From a virus (Duplodnaviria; Caudoviricetes): a stretch of DNA of 38,112 bases. The stretch is taken from IMG/VR virus record IMGVR_UViG_3300011339_000492, positions 1 to 38,112 of that record, one strand, 5' to 3'. The translations under genes and the position numbers were made by a program. Below the pieces are notes generated by a model, which saw only the letters and a list, made by a program, of their open reading frames with translations, ran no database searches and was not told the DNA's origin. The stretch's first letter is position 1, and every line of letters starts with the position of its first letter. Of the stretch, positions 1 through 9,040 are shown piece after piece.

Positions 1-167
1 GACGGCTGCCTGCGCCGCCTGAGCCCGCCGCATGAGCGTCAGGTCTGGATAGGGCCTTGGGTCATCGAGGGTGAGCCTTGCCCGTCCAGACTCAGTAACT
101 CCACACAGTCGGAGCCTGCCGCAGATCGAGGTGGATGAACCGGCCAGCGCCCTTCTGCTGCACCCCG
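1..167. repeat. Terminal direct repeat, left copy (circular contig overlap)
   Basis: 1-167 is identical to 37946-38112 except position 41 (A) vs 37986 (C). Confidence 0.97.
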
Positions 168-454
168 ATGCCGGTGAATCCCAAGTGCATCGCCAGGCGC
201 AGCAGTTCGTGGGCATCAGCGCCCTGCACGCCGACATCGCAGGCCAGGCCGGTGGAGTGCATACCGGGCTCTGCTTTCGCTTTCTCGATGGGATGATCCG
301 GGCAGCGGTAGCCCGAGGTAATCGTCATCGGCTTGCGGTAGACATCCCGCAACGCCTGAAGCCGGCCCATGAACTCGGGCCGCATCTCCTGCTTGCCGCA
401 GTGACGGCAGCGAAACTCGGCTTCGGTGAAGTTCTGGTAATCGCTCCAGTTCAC
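92..454 (-). CDS. Endolysin, peptidase M15 family (Zn D-Ala-D-Ala peptidase-like)
   Basis: Motifs NFTEAEFRCRHCG, ITSGYRCPDH, H-x6-D (HSTGLACD) and FIHLDLR. The likely GTG start at 454 overlaps the holin stop (GTGA); the upstream part of the 181-aa ORF is probably not translated. Confidence 0.9.
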   Translation of the reverse strand: MNWSDYQNFTEAEFRCRHCGKQEMRPEFMGRLQALRDVYRKPMTITSGYRCPDHPIEKAKAEPGMHSTGLACDVGVQGADAHELLRLAMHLGFTGIGVQQKGAGRFIHLDLRQAPTVWSY

Positions 455-852
455 TTGGTCACCCCCTTGAACTTCTCCATCGTCCTGAGCCCGCCGATGC
501 CCAGCATCCCGGTGATAACCACCCACAGCAGGTCGAGGTTCAGCGCAGGCGGTGCCGGCCAGCCCTTGATGGCGGCGCCCCAGGACAGCATCGGCTGGAG
601 AATCGTCGCGTACACGAACCCCGCTGCCCCGCACCATCCGAACGCTGGCCGCCAGCCGGCCACGAAAACCGATGCGTGAGACGCCTCGCGTGCATTGATC
701 TCAAGCTGCGCGATGGTTTGCTTCAGCTCGCCCTCGGCGGCCATGCGAACCAACTCCATCTCGGCCTCGCGCTTCTTCTCCGGGTCAGGGATGAAGCGGT
801 CCAGCAGCGTCTTGCCGACTTCGAGGATCGGCCCGAGGATGAGTGGGTTCAC
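451..852 (-). CDS. Holin, 3TM / GTA-holin-like
   Basis: EASHASVFVAGWRPAFGW and MLGIGGLRTMEK motifs plus hydrophobic segments; adjacent to the endolysin; GTG start at 852 coupled to the upstream stop. Confidence 0.8.
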   Translation of the reverse strand: MNPLILGPILEVGKTLLDRFIPDPEKKREAEMELVRMAAEGELKQTIAQLEINAREASHASVFVAGWRPAFGWCGAAGFVYATILQPMLSWGAAIKGWPAPPALNLDLLWVVITGMLGIGGLRTMEKFKGVTK

Positions 853-1205
853 TTGCGAGCCTCCTGCTTGATGTGCTCCCACGCCGCGATGGCCAGGAAC
901 ATGACGATGGCCCAGATGCCGGCACTGGCAACCTTGGAGAACGCATCACCCTTCGCCTTGTCCCACCAGTTTGCGTGAGCAATCTGCTTCTCATGCGCGA
1001 TGCGGTGGCCGTGCGGATCGCCACCAGGGAACGCATCATTGAACGCCTGCCGCAGCATCGAAAACTGCCGGTCCATGTGCGTCAGCACGTGCTGCTCATG
1101 GTCGCGCATCGCTTGAGTCACCGCCGTCTGGATCAGCAGCTTCACGCGATCCTCAGTCAGCGCATCGGTTCTACGCTCGGGGCCTTCGTAGTCGGTGGAG
1201 ATCAT
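849..1205 (-). CDS. Lysis-cassette membrane protein (C-terminal TM; antiholin/holin-like)
   Basis: N-terminal YEGPERR, single C-terminal TM (AGIWAIVMFLAIAAW); first gene of the lysis cassette. Confidence 0.55.
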   Translation of the reverse strand: MISTDYEGPERRTDALTEDRVKLLIQTAVTQAMRDHEQHVLTHMDRQFSMLRQAFNDAFPGGDPHGHRIAHEKQIAHANWWDKAKGDAFSKVASAGIWAIVMFLAIAAWEHIKQEARK

Positions 1206-1260
1206 CGTCGTTCAGCCTGTTTGAGTCAGCGGATAGAGTGGGGCGCGTGGCGGGGGATCA

Positions 1261-3156
1261 TCAGTCGATGTTGTAAAAACCAGAGATGTTGATGTTCGCG
1301 GCGGCATCAATGTCTACTGGGGTGGGTACAAGGCCGCTACCAGACCCTCTCAATTCGATGACTGTCGCCCCGGGATTCAAGAGCGCAATGATTGAAGTTG
1401 CGCCGGCAGGGAAAGTCAAGTTTTCAGCGTTGACTGTGACCGCTGGTGCGTACCCTGCGACGTTAGCGCAAGGCACTGGCAATCCGTCAATTTTGAGCAA
1501 ACCTGTTCCGGTATGCGCGGACCAGTTGACGCGAGCGCTAAAGTAGCAAACCTTGTCGATAATCTTGTAAGTTCCAATTTGAGTCGTGTACGTTCCTGTT
1601 CCTGGCGTTGTAGTACCTATCGCCACTGGTGTAAAAGACCCGATTGGGCTCGGATATGCGCTACCCATAGGGCCAGTGTTGTTGATGTATGAAACACCGG
1701 CAACCGTCGTGCTGAAACCGCCACCGCTTCTCCACAAGTTGTCGGAAACGCGGTGATTGCTGCCTGCCGTTATTCGGCAATCGTAAACTGTGAAATTCTG
1801 AACACGATTACCAGTAATCAAGTTTCGCTCTTCTTCAGCACCATCTACCAAAATTCCATATGGCGCAGTGCTACCTGGGTAGGCCAAAATCTCGTTATTG
1901 GCGATGACAGTCCCTCTGTTTTGCGAGTCTGTCGGCGCGTATGAGTTCACCAGATAAATTGCGGTGTCGCCAGAAGCACCAGTAAGAGCGATGTAGTTTT
2001 CCGAAAATATGTTGTTGATGCACCCAGCACTGGCCGTAGATTGCGCCAGAATGCCGAACTCCGCGATCATGTCGAAGATATTATGGTGGGCCACCACATT
2101 GATTGATGCGTTAACCCACAGTCCTCGACGCACGCCGAAAATCAGCGAGTCGCTGATCATCAGGCCCTCGCAGTTGATCGTTCCGCTACCCACCTTGATC
2201 CCATAGCTACCCGCTGTCGGCGTAACGCCGCCGCTGTCTCGCTCACCAAAGCGGCACTGCGATATAGCGTTGTTCAAGCATTGGTCCGAGAACGTGACGC
2301 TGGCGTATGTGTAGACCGTTGTCACGTTTCTCCAAGTGCTGGAGCAAACACCACCAGCAAAAAAACCCTCCGCAAATCCATCAATGAAAAGGTTTTCGTA
2401 TGCGTGCCAGTAGCACTGAGAAGCCGTCGTGCCTGCTGCTCGGATAGCAGTGTAGGAGTTGGGCGTGGTCGTGTAGCGAACGGCCTGCGCGATGTTCATG
2501 TCGCGGATCGTTACTTGAGAAACTCCGGCTGACACTTCAAATCCGTCACAGCCTGCGCAGAGTATTTCCGTAGATCCGACACCGTCGCCTTGCAGAACGG
2601 CATTGCCAGTGATATTGATCTTGCTGGTTAGTTTGTAAACACCCTGCGGGATTTGAACCTGTTTATTGTTAGCGACCCCGTAAGTGACAGCGGATTGAAT
2701 CGCAACCGTTGAATCCGTCGCCCCTGTCGGATCAGCGCCAAAATCCAGCACACTCACCACATCCCGCATCTTCGCCTGCGCCGTGCGCGTCACGGCGCCA
2801 GTGCCAGCCTGTAGAAACGAGACATTGGTAGAGTCAATCGACACCACCACATTCGACAGTCGCTCCGTCGCACTCGGCGCCGAGTAAACCGTTGTCGCCT
2901 TGCGGTTCTGCACCAGAATCGAGTAATCCGAGTTCACGTACAACCGAGCCGGCGTGCCGTTGTTGACCGGGTAGCCACCAGCAGTGCGGATCGGCTGCGC
3001 TGCGGCCTGGGTCAGCGCGGCGTCCCAGTACACCGCGATGGGGTTGGTCTGTGGCGCCAGGTTGGCCGCGCCGATCCAGATGTACCCCGCCTCCAGCGGC
3101 GAGCCGTCGCGGTCGGTCAGGATGGGGAACGGGGGCTGGATGCTGAGGGCGGTCAT
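1261..3156 (-). CDS. Tailspike / receptor-binding protein (P22-like head-binding domain plus beta-helix depolymerase-like body)
   Basis: N-terminus DGSPLEAGYIWIGAANLAPQTNPIAVYWD resembles the P22 head-binding domain. VSVLDFGADPTGATDSTVAIQ opens a pectate-lyase-like beta-helix. C-terminal beta domain. Confidence 0.9.
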   Translation of the reverse strand: MTALSIQPPFPILTDRDGSPLEAGYIWIGAANLAPQTNPIAVYWDAALTQAAAQPIRTAGGYPVNNGTPARLYVNSDYSILVQNRKATTVYSAPSATERLSNVVVSIDSTNVSFLQAGTGAVTRTAQAKMRDVVSVLDFGADPTGATDSTVAIQSAVTYGVANNKQVQIPQGVYKLTSKINITGNAVLQGDGVGSTEILCAGCDGFEVSAGVSQVTIRDMNIAQAVRYTTTPNSYTAIRAAGTTASQCYWHAYENLFIDGFAEGFFAGGVCSSTWRNVTTVYTYASVTFSDQCLNNAISQCRFGERDSGGVTPTAGSYGIKVGSGTINCEGLMISDSLIFGVRRGLWVNASINVVAHHNIFDMIAEFGILAQSTASAGCINNIFSENYIALTGASGDTAIYLVNSYAPTDSQNRGTVIANNEILAYPGSTAPYGILVDGAEEERNLITGNRVQNFTVYDCRITAGSNHRVSDNLWRSGGGFSTTVAGVSYINNTGPMGSAYPSPIGSFTPVAIGTTTPGTGTYTTQIGTYKIIDKVCYFSARVNWSAHTGTGLLKIDGLPVPCANVAGYAPAVTVNAENLTFPAGATSIIALLNPGATVIELRGSGSGLVPTPVDIDAAANINISGFYNID

Positions 3157-5168
3157 TGGGGTTGCTCCTGGGAAACTGCGGGCGCGATTTGCTCGGCCTG
3201 GGATTGAATGGTGGCAGTGAGTCGCTTCAGCAGGGCGGCTTCTTCAGTGCTTCCCGGCGCTGCGCGGCCAAGCTGGATCATCAGGTTGCGCACAGGCGCA
3301 GACTCATACACGCGGGCCATCAACCCGACGCCGCCTGCCGATGCTAGCGATGCGCCGAAGCTACCCAGCAAGTCCACCAGTAAACTACCTGCCACGAATG
3401 GAACCGCTTGCTGTCCAGATGCAGTCGAGACACCGGCTTGGCCAGCGCGCCGCGTCAACGTCAGCGCGCGGGACAGTCCTTCAACTTGCGCGAGATGGTT
3501 CGCTCCGTCGCTTTTGAAGAACACGCCAATCTGCGGCTTCAGGCGCTGAAGTTCCGCATTGAACCGCTCCGGGCTGAACTGCGACGAGCCATCTTCTAGC
3601 TGAAAGCGCGCCTTGTCTGCTGCTCGCGCAAGAATTGAGGTTCTGGCGTTTGCTCTTCCTGCTTCAGTGAGTCCGCTGTAGAGCTGCCGAATCTCGCTCG
3701 GTTTCTTGCTGAACAGCATGTTTTCAACGACTTCTGGCGTTGCATTCCCGTTGCGCAGCACAGACTTCAGGGTGCCCATGTCAAGTTCGCCGGCCATCTC
3801 GGCCAAGCGCTTGTCTGCGATCTGCCACTTCGTGACATCGCGCCTGTTGCCGCTCTGGGCGATGAACTCCTGCATGTCCTGCTTTAGCGGTCCATAGATG
3901 TCCGATAACGCTTTCTGGCCAGTGGATCTGACGGCGGACAATTCTGGAGTTTGGAACGATTCGCCCACTTGCTTACGCAGTGTTTCAATGTTCCTCAGCC
4001 CTTGGCCCTGCAATGACGCTTTCCAGTCTTCCAGAACATTTATGACGGGTTCGTATTGCTTTGAGCGCAGGCCCTGAAGTTCTTGGATCTTGGCATCAAT
4101 GGCCGCCGTTGCGCGCGGCACTGGCACAGCACCCTTTGCATCCAATCGGTCGATAACTTCGCCCTTGAGGTTGGAGTATTTCTGCAAGTCTCCAGAACGC
4201 TTGGCAGTCAGGTCGCGCATGATGTCGTCGCTGACATTAGCGGCGTCTTCCGCCCCGAACTGGCGCAACAGATCACGCACCGCCGAGATCCTGGCCTGCT
4301 GCTGCTCTGCGCGAGCGGCGCCTGTGCCGGCCAGAAAGATGCGTTCTCCGGTCTGCTGAGCCGTGCGCCCCATGAATGTTTGAGGTGGCATGACATCAGA
4401 CGTCATCACCGGAATGCCGCGCTGCGTGGCCTCTTCAGTTCTGGCGGCCAACCCAGCGACGGGCGCGCGGCGCGGCGCCACCGCCGTTGCGCCGGCCACG
4501 CCACCGGCCAGGGCCGCCCCGATTTGACCAAGCGGACCGATCCCGGCCTCTTGCGCAATCTGTCCGCCCGCACCCGCGCCTGCGCCTCCTGCCACTTGCG
4601 TGATCGGCTGAGCGGCCATCATGCGGCCAACTTCTCTGGCCACGGGGGCGGCTTGACCAGCGGCAGACTGAACGGCTCGACCTAGCGCGGCAGTGCCGCC
4701 AGCGCCAGCAGCGCCAGCAGCGGTGGCCTGCACGATGCGCTCTGCTTCGGTCTTTGGCTTTGCCACACCAAGACGAGTCAGCAAGTCTTCCATCGCCTGC
4801 GTGGGCGCGGCGTATTGCGTGCCAAGAACTCGGTTCACCAGGCCAACGATGGGATCTCCAGCGAACTGAGCCAGCGTGGCAGCACCAGCGCCAGCAATAG
4901 CACCAGGAATCGCCCCTATGCCGGCCAACGGAGCGCCAGCCGCTGCACCCAGCGCCGCGCCCGCAGCGGGCAGTGCAAGCCCGCGAGTGGCAGCACCACC
5001 CAGACCAGTGAGCGTGGTAGACGGCGCAGCAGGCGCCTCAAGTGCCCCAGCGCCGCCACCGGCCCTGATCTGCGCCACGCGCGACTTCAGTTCAGGCGCA
5101 TCAGGCGGAACATCGTCGGGGATGTTGTTGATCGTGATGCCGTCTTTGGTCGTGATGGAGTAGGGCAT
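3153..5168 (-). CDS. DNA ejection protein (P22 gp16-like position)
   Basis: 671 aa with Gly/Ala-rich hydrophobic N-terminal helices; last of three ejection-type genes before the tailspike. Confidence 0.7.
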   Translation of the reverse strand: MPYSITTKDGITINNIPDDVPPDAPELKSRVAQIRAGGGAGALEAPAAPSTTLTGLGGAATRGLALPAAGAALGAAAGAPLAGIGAIPGAIAGAGAATLAQFAGDPIVGLVNRVLGTQYAAPTQAMEDLLTRLGVAKPKTEAERIVQATAAGAAGAGGTAALGRAVQSAAGQAAPVAREVGRMMAAQPITQVAGGAGAGAGGQIAQEAGIGPLGQIGAALAGGVAGATAVAPRRAPVAGLAARTEEATQRGIPVMTSDVMPPQTFMGRTAQQTGERIFLAGTGAARAEQQQARISAVRDLLRQFGAEDAANVSDDIMRDLTAKRSGDLQKYSNLKGEVIDRLDAKGAVPVPRATAAIDAKIQELQGLRSKQYEPVINVLEDWKASLQGQGLRNIETLRKQVGESFQTPELSAVRSTGQKALSDIYGPLKQDMQEFIAQSGNRRDVTKWQIADKRLAEMAGELDMGTLKSVLRNGNATPEVVENMLFSKKPSEIRQLYSGLTEAGRANARTSILARAADKARFQLEDGSSQFSPERFNAELQRLKPQIGVFFKSDGANHLAQVEGLSRALTLTRRAGQAGVSTASGQQAVPFVAGSLLVDLLGSFGASLASAGGVGLMARVYESAPVRNLMIQLGRAAPGSTEEAALLKRLTATIQSQAEQIAPAVSQEQPQ

Positions 5169-5169
5169 T

Positions 5170-6513
5170 TCAATACTCCACCGTCACGTTACGTTGACCT
5201 GGCGCAGGTCTTGACCGCTGTCCTGGCGGGGTCGGTTCTGGCGGCGCAGTGGGCGCGGACTCGACGGGCTCAAGGAAGATGTTGGAAGTGTTTAGCCCAT
5301 AGCCCTTGGCAATTCGCTCAAGCCCTGTTCGCACGGTGGACTCTTGCTGGCCGGCTTGCTTGAATAGCGATTCCGCCTGGCCCTTGAATGCCTTACGTTG
5401 CCCTTCTGACAGACGGGTGCCACTTAGGACGCGGTTGTAAATGTTCTGCACCCGTTCAGGCACGCCGGCAGCATTCTGTGCGGTTGCGAATTCGCCTTCG
5501 CGCACCACCGAGCCGGGGTCCAGCATCTTCATGTAGCCGAAGATCAGCGACAGGTCACCTACAGCATTGTCTTGAGAAGACAGGACGCGGCCATAGGCAG
5601 ACTTGACCTCTTGGTATCCCTTCGTTAGATCGGTGTATTCCTTGCGGAACTTCGTTTCTTGTTCGGGCCTCTTGTCCACAGGAATGACGCCAGCAGCAAG
5701 CTGATCGGCCTCGGCATTCTTGCGCCTGGCCTCCGCGCCAGATGCGGCAGCAGCAGCACGCGATGCGGCCTGCGCGGCTTGAGCCTGTTTGATCTGCTCT
5801 TGCGTCAAATTCAGATTGGCTAGGAATCGATCAGGAGCAAGTCTTGCTTCGGCTTCCTTGATGGTTGCTTCTGCGGTTTCTTTGCGAAGCGTGAATGGAG
5901 CCATCGTTGCGGCTCTGCGCTCTGCTCGTACAGACTGAACCCCGTCATACCACCCCTTGCCAAACTCCATCGCGCCGCCCAGTTCAATCATCTGAGCGGC
6001 CTTCTCCGGGCTGATATCCAGCATCTTTCGGCCAAGTTCCAACGTCTGGCGCCGTCCCGGATCGGCTTCAGCGCCGATACGTTCGTCAAGAATGCGCTTT
6101 GCAATCTCCGGGTCAGACTCCACGGCCAGCAGAATCTGCTGCGTGAATGCCTTGCGGTTTTCCAGTTGGCGCTTGTCTCCTTGCTCGCCCATAGCCCTGA
6201 TCGCGTCGATCTGATCTTTGTTCGGCGCAAGGGCAATCAGGGGCTCAAAGTCGGCCCAGGTTCGATTTGGGTTGGACAGGACGCGAGCCATGCCGGTCTG
6301 GTAGTCCTGAGCGCGCTGCATCGCCGCCTGCTGCGCCAGGACTTTCTGACGTTCAGCATCTGCCGCAGCGAGAGCCTGCTGCTGCTGCGCCGCCGCCAGC
6401 GCCCTACGATCATCAATCTGCGCCAGCTCAGCCCCGGTGCGAATGCCCTGAGTAAACCCGGCAAGCGGCCCGCCCTGCCCGAACGCGCTGGTGTAGTCGA
6501 AAGGTGCGACCAT
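5170..6513 (-). CDS. DNA ejection protein (P22 gp20-like position)
   Basis: Ala/Gln-rich coiled coil with the MKMLDPGSVVREGEF motif seen in podovirus ejection proteins; synteny. Confidence 0.7.
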   Translation of the reverse strand: MVAPFDYTSAFGQGGPLAGFTQGIRTGAELAQIDDRRALAAAQQQQALAAADAERQKVLAQQAAMQRAQDYQTGMARVLSNPNRTWADFEPLIALAPNKDQIDAIRAMGEQGDKRQLENRKAFTQQILLAVESDPEIAKRILDERIGAEADPGRRQTLELGRKMLDISPEKAAQMIELGGAMEFGKGWYDGVQSVRAERRAATMAPFTLRKETAEATIKEAEARLAPDRFLANLNLTQEQIKQAQAAQAASRAAAAASGAEARRKNAEADQLAAGVIPVDKRPEQETKFRKEYTDLTKGYQEVKSAYGRVLSSQDNAVGDLSLIFGYMKMLDPGSVVREGEFATAQNAAGVPERVQNIYNRVLSGTRLSEGQRKAFKGQAESLFKQAGQQESTVRTGLERIAKGYGLNTSNIFLEPVESAPTAPPEPTPPGQRSRPAPGQRNVTVEY

Positions 6514-6522
6514 GATGATTCC

Positions 6523-7329
6523 TTAGCCTGGGAAGCCGACACCAGCGGGGGACATGCCGGTCGGAATGCCACCCGTGGCCGGCGCTGCTGCCCCACCAAA
6601 CGGACTGCCAAACGACGGCAAGCCGAACTGCCCCGTGCGCGCATAGTTCATGCCGGCCAGTTGCATCGGAACCTGAGCCAGTTGAGCGAACGGTGCCGCG
6701 CCGCCGAGGATGCCACCGGCCTGTGCCGCGCCGCCTTGCTGAAGCAGGTTGCTCACATTGGCGCCCATCGTGCCGGCTGCGGAAGCCTGATTTGCTGCCG
6801 ATGCCTGACCACCCCGATACAGTTGCTCAGTCGCACCCAGGCCAGCGCCAGCGAAGCCACCGAGCCGCTTGTATTGATCCTCGACGGCCTGCTGAAGCAT
6901 CTGCGGCCTGAACTGCGCCAGCGCCGCCTGGATGTTGCCGCCACGCAGGCCACCAGTTGCCGATGCGCGCTGAAGCATGGCCTCTTCGCCCTGCTGGATC
7001 TGGGCTTGCAGGAAGGGGCTTTGCTCGATCTGCGAGATCGCACCACGCTGCGCCTCAGCGCCGCGCAACCCGGCCAGGGCCTGCTGCTGCTCGAACGCCT
7101 GCGCGCCGGCCTGCTGAAACGGCTGAAAGCCTGCAATGGCCCCCTGTCCCGCCTGCACATACGGCGCTAGCAGCTTGCGAATCTCGTCAAACTGCCGCCG
7201 CTGTTCGTCAATGCCGGCCTGCGCAGCGCCCGCCTGAGCGCCTGCGGCAGATTCCGCCGCATCGGCTTGCATGGAGCCGCCGATAAGCTGCGAGCCCGCT
7301 AGGATGATTCCGCTGACTGGATCAGGCAT
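6523..7329 (-). CDS. DNA ejection protein (P22 gp7-like)
   Basis: Start MPDPVSG at 7329 after a GGAGG SD; motifs LAPYVQAG and SATGGLRGGNIQAAL. Confidence 0.8.
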   Translation of the reverse strand: MPDPVSGIILAGSQLIGGSMQADAAESAAGAQAGAAQAGIDEQRRQFDEIRKLLAPYVQAGQGAIAGFQPFQQAGAQAFEQQQALAGLRGAEAQRGAISQIEQSPFLQAQIQQGEEAMLQRASATGGLRGGNIQAALAQFRPQMLQQAVEDQYKRLGGFAGAGLGATEQLYRGGQASAANQASAAGTMGANVSNLLQQGGAAQAGGILGGAAPFAQLAQVPMQLAGMNYARTGQFGLPSFGSPFGGAAAPATGGIPTGMSPAGVGFPG

Positions 7330-7777
7330 CTCCGCCTCCCTTGGGGCCGAACTCGGCCAGATATGAATCGAGGCTTTCGCCGTACATGCCGAGCACCTTG
7401 TGAGCCACCGATACCGCTGCACTGGCGCCGTGGATCAGTTGCACGGCCACGAGGATCAACTCGTAGTAGCCTGCGCGCCAGGTGAACGAACGGGCGTCGG
7501 CCTGGCCGTCGCGCTCCACGCGGTCGCTGGCCTGCCACTTGAGAACCATCGTGCCCAGCAGGGGCAGCAGGGTGCCGGCGTGCCGTGCAAAAAACGGGTT
7601 CTGCGGCATGGCGACGAGCACATTCCAGATCGTCGCATCGAGATCTGCGCGCAGCACCTCATCATCGTCTGCGACATCATCGAAGGTCTGGATGGCCTGC
7701 CAAACCATCAGCAGCCACTCTGCCGCCTCAGTGGGCAGCATTAGCGACTCAAAGTGCTTGCGCAGGGCGTAGGTCAT
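7322..7777 (-). CDS. Hypothetical all-alpha protein with DDxxD motif
   Basis: Start MTYALRK at 7777 (GAGGA SD); contains TFDDVADDD and MPQNPFF. Confidence 0.7.
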   Translation of the reverse strand: MTYALRKHFESLMLPTEAAEWLLMVWQAIQTFDDVADDDEVLRADLDATIWNVLVAMPQNPFFARHAGTLLPLLGTMVLKWQASDRVERDGQADARSFTWRAGYYELILVAVQLIHGASAAVSVAHKVLGMYGESLDSYLAEFGPKGGGDA

Positions 7778-7834
7778 GGCGGCATCCTCGGAGGCCGCCG
7801 GTAGCCATGAACTCGGCGCTGTCATTCTAGGGCC

Positions 7835-8170
7835 TCAAGTGATCTCGCGTCCAGACACCCGCATCGTCAGCGCCGTGGCCGCGCTGGCGATGGTGGAGAT
7901 GAACGCGCTGGGGTCCAGCGTTTGCCCGACCAGTTCGGGGCACTGGTACGTCTCGCCGGGGACCACGGTGCGCTCATCAATGACGAGGTTTGAGTTACTT
8001 GCGGTTCCAGCGGCCTGGACGAGGTTTACCGAGAACGTGCGGTTCACGGTGTCCGTGTTGGTCACCGTGGCCTTGTCGATGATGGCCCGCGCCGAGGTGG
8101 CGGTGTACTGAGTGGTCTGCGTGGCCTCCAGTTGCTTAGGAGGAACGAGGGTCTTGACGGTGACGGTCAT
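7835..8170 (-). CDS. Small beta-rich virion protein (hypothetical)
   Basis: 111-aa Thr/Val-rich ORF, ATGA-coupled to the tail needle gene. Confidence 0.7.
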   Translation of the reverse strand: MTVTVKTLVPPKQLEATQTTQYTATSARAIIDKATVTNTDTVNRTFSVNLVQAAGTASNSNLVIDERTVVPGETYQCPELVGQTLDPSAFISTIASAATALTMRVSGREIT

Positions 8171-9039
8171 GCTGGGTAGCTCCTGATGTTGTTGGACACC
8201 GTGAGGATGATGCTGGGGATGGCCGGAACTGGCGCGGCTGCTGGCCGGTACTGAAGCTGGACGCTGGTGTCAGACACGGCCCACATGAGCTGCACGTAGT
8301 CGCCGGCCTTGAGGTCAAGAAACAGGTTCGCAGACGAGAATATCTCGGCGTCGTTGCCCTGAATCTGCACCTCGCTGGCGCTGTCTTGGACATCGGTTCC
8401 ATTCAGCCGAAACCATATCCAGAACCGTGCCGTGCCGCCCGATGTCTTGTCCAGTTGCACCGAGAACTGGAAGTCATACACGCCCTCGGTGTCGATCTCG
8501 ATCTCAGACGTTGACGGACTGCGCAGGCGCACGCCTTCGCTTAGGTTTGTCGTGTTGAGCGTGATCGCGTATGCGGTATTCGACAGTGCCGCATTCTGCA
8601 CTGTCGTGTCGTAGAACTGCCCGAATCTGGTTCGCTTTGGTGGCACCTTCGCGGGTGCCATAGACACCATCTCGACAGCGGTACGCAGGTCTTCGACAGC
8701 CTGGAGCGCCAAAGTGGCGCGAGCCTCCGCCGCCGCTGCCGATGCGCCCACCTCGTCGGCCAGGTTCTGGAACGCGCTCAGGGCCATCGCCGCTTTGGAG
8801 TCAGCGATGGCCGCAGACAGCGCGGCTTCGTCAGCGATGCGCTGCAGTTCGCTCAGTGCCTGCGATGCCTTGGCGTCAGCAATGGCAGACTGAATCTCGA
8901 CGCTCTGCACCCGATCAGGTGCAATGCTCTCGGTGACAAAAAACAGGTTCTCGAAAGCCTTGATGGATTCGTGATCGTCAAGGAACTTGGCGAGTTGATC
9001 CCGCGTCAGGCCCAGCGGTGGCGTGCGAGTCGTTGCCAT
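8167..9039 (-). CDS. Tail needle-like protein (gp26-like coiled coil plus C1q/TNF-like knob)
   Basis: Follows the gp10-like gene; Ala-rich heptad region, then EGVYDFQFSVQL...LDLKAGDYVQL typical of C1q/TNF-like domains. Confidence 0.7.
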   Translation of the reverse strand: MATTRTPPLGLTRDQLAKFLDDHESIKAFENLFFVTESIAPDRVQSVEIQSAIADAKASQALSELQRIADEAALSAAIADSKAAMALSAFQNLADEVGASAAAAEARATLALQAVEDLRTAVEMVSMAPAKVPPKRTRFGQFYDTTVQNAALSNTAYAITLNTTNLSEGVRLRSPSTSEIEIDTEGVYDFQFSVQLDKTSGGTARFWIWFRLNGTDVQDSASEVQIQGNDAEIFSSANLFLDLKAGDYVQLMWAVSDTSVQLQYRPAAAPVPAIPSIILTVSNNIRSYPA

Positions 9040-9040
9040 G

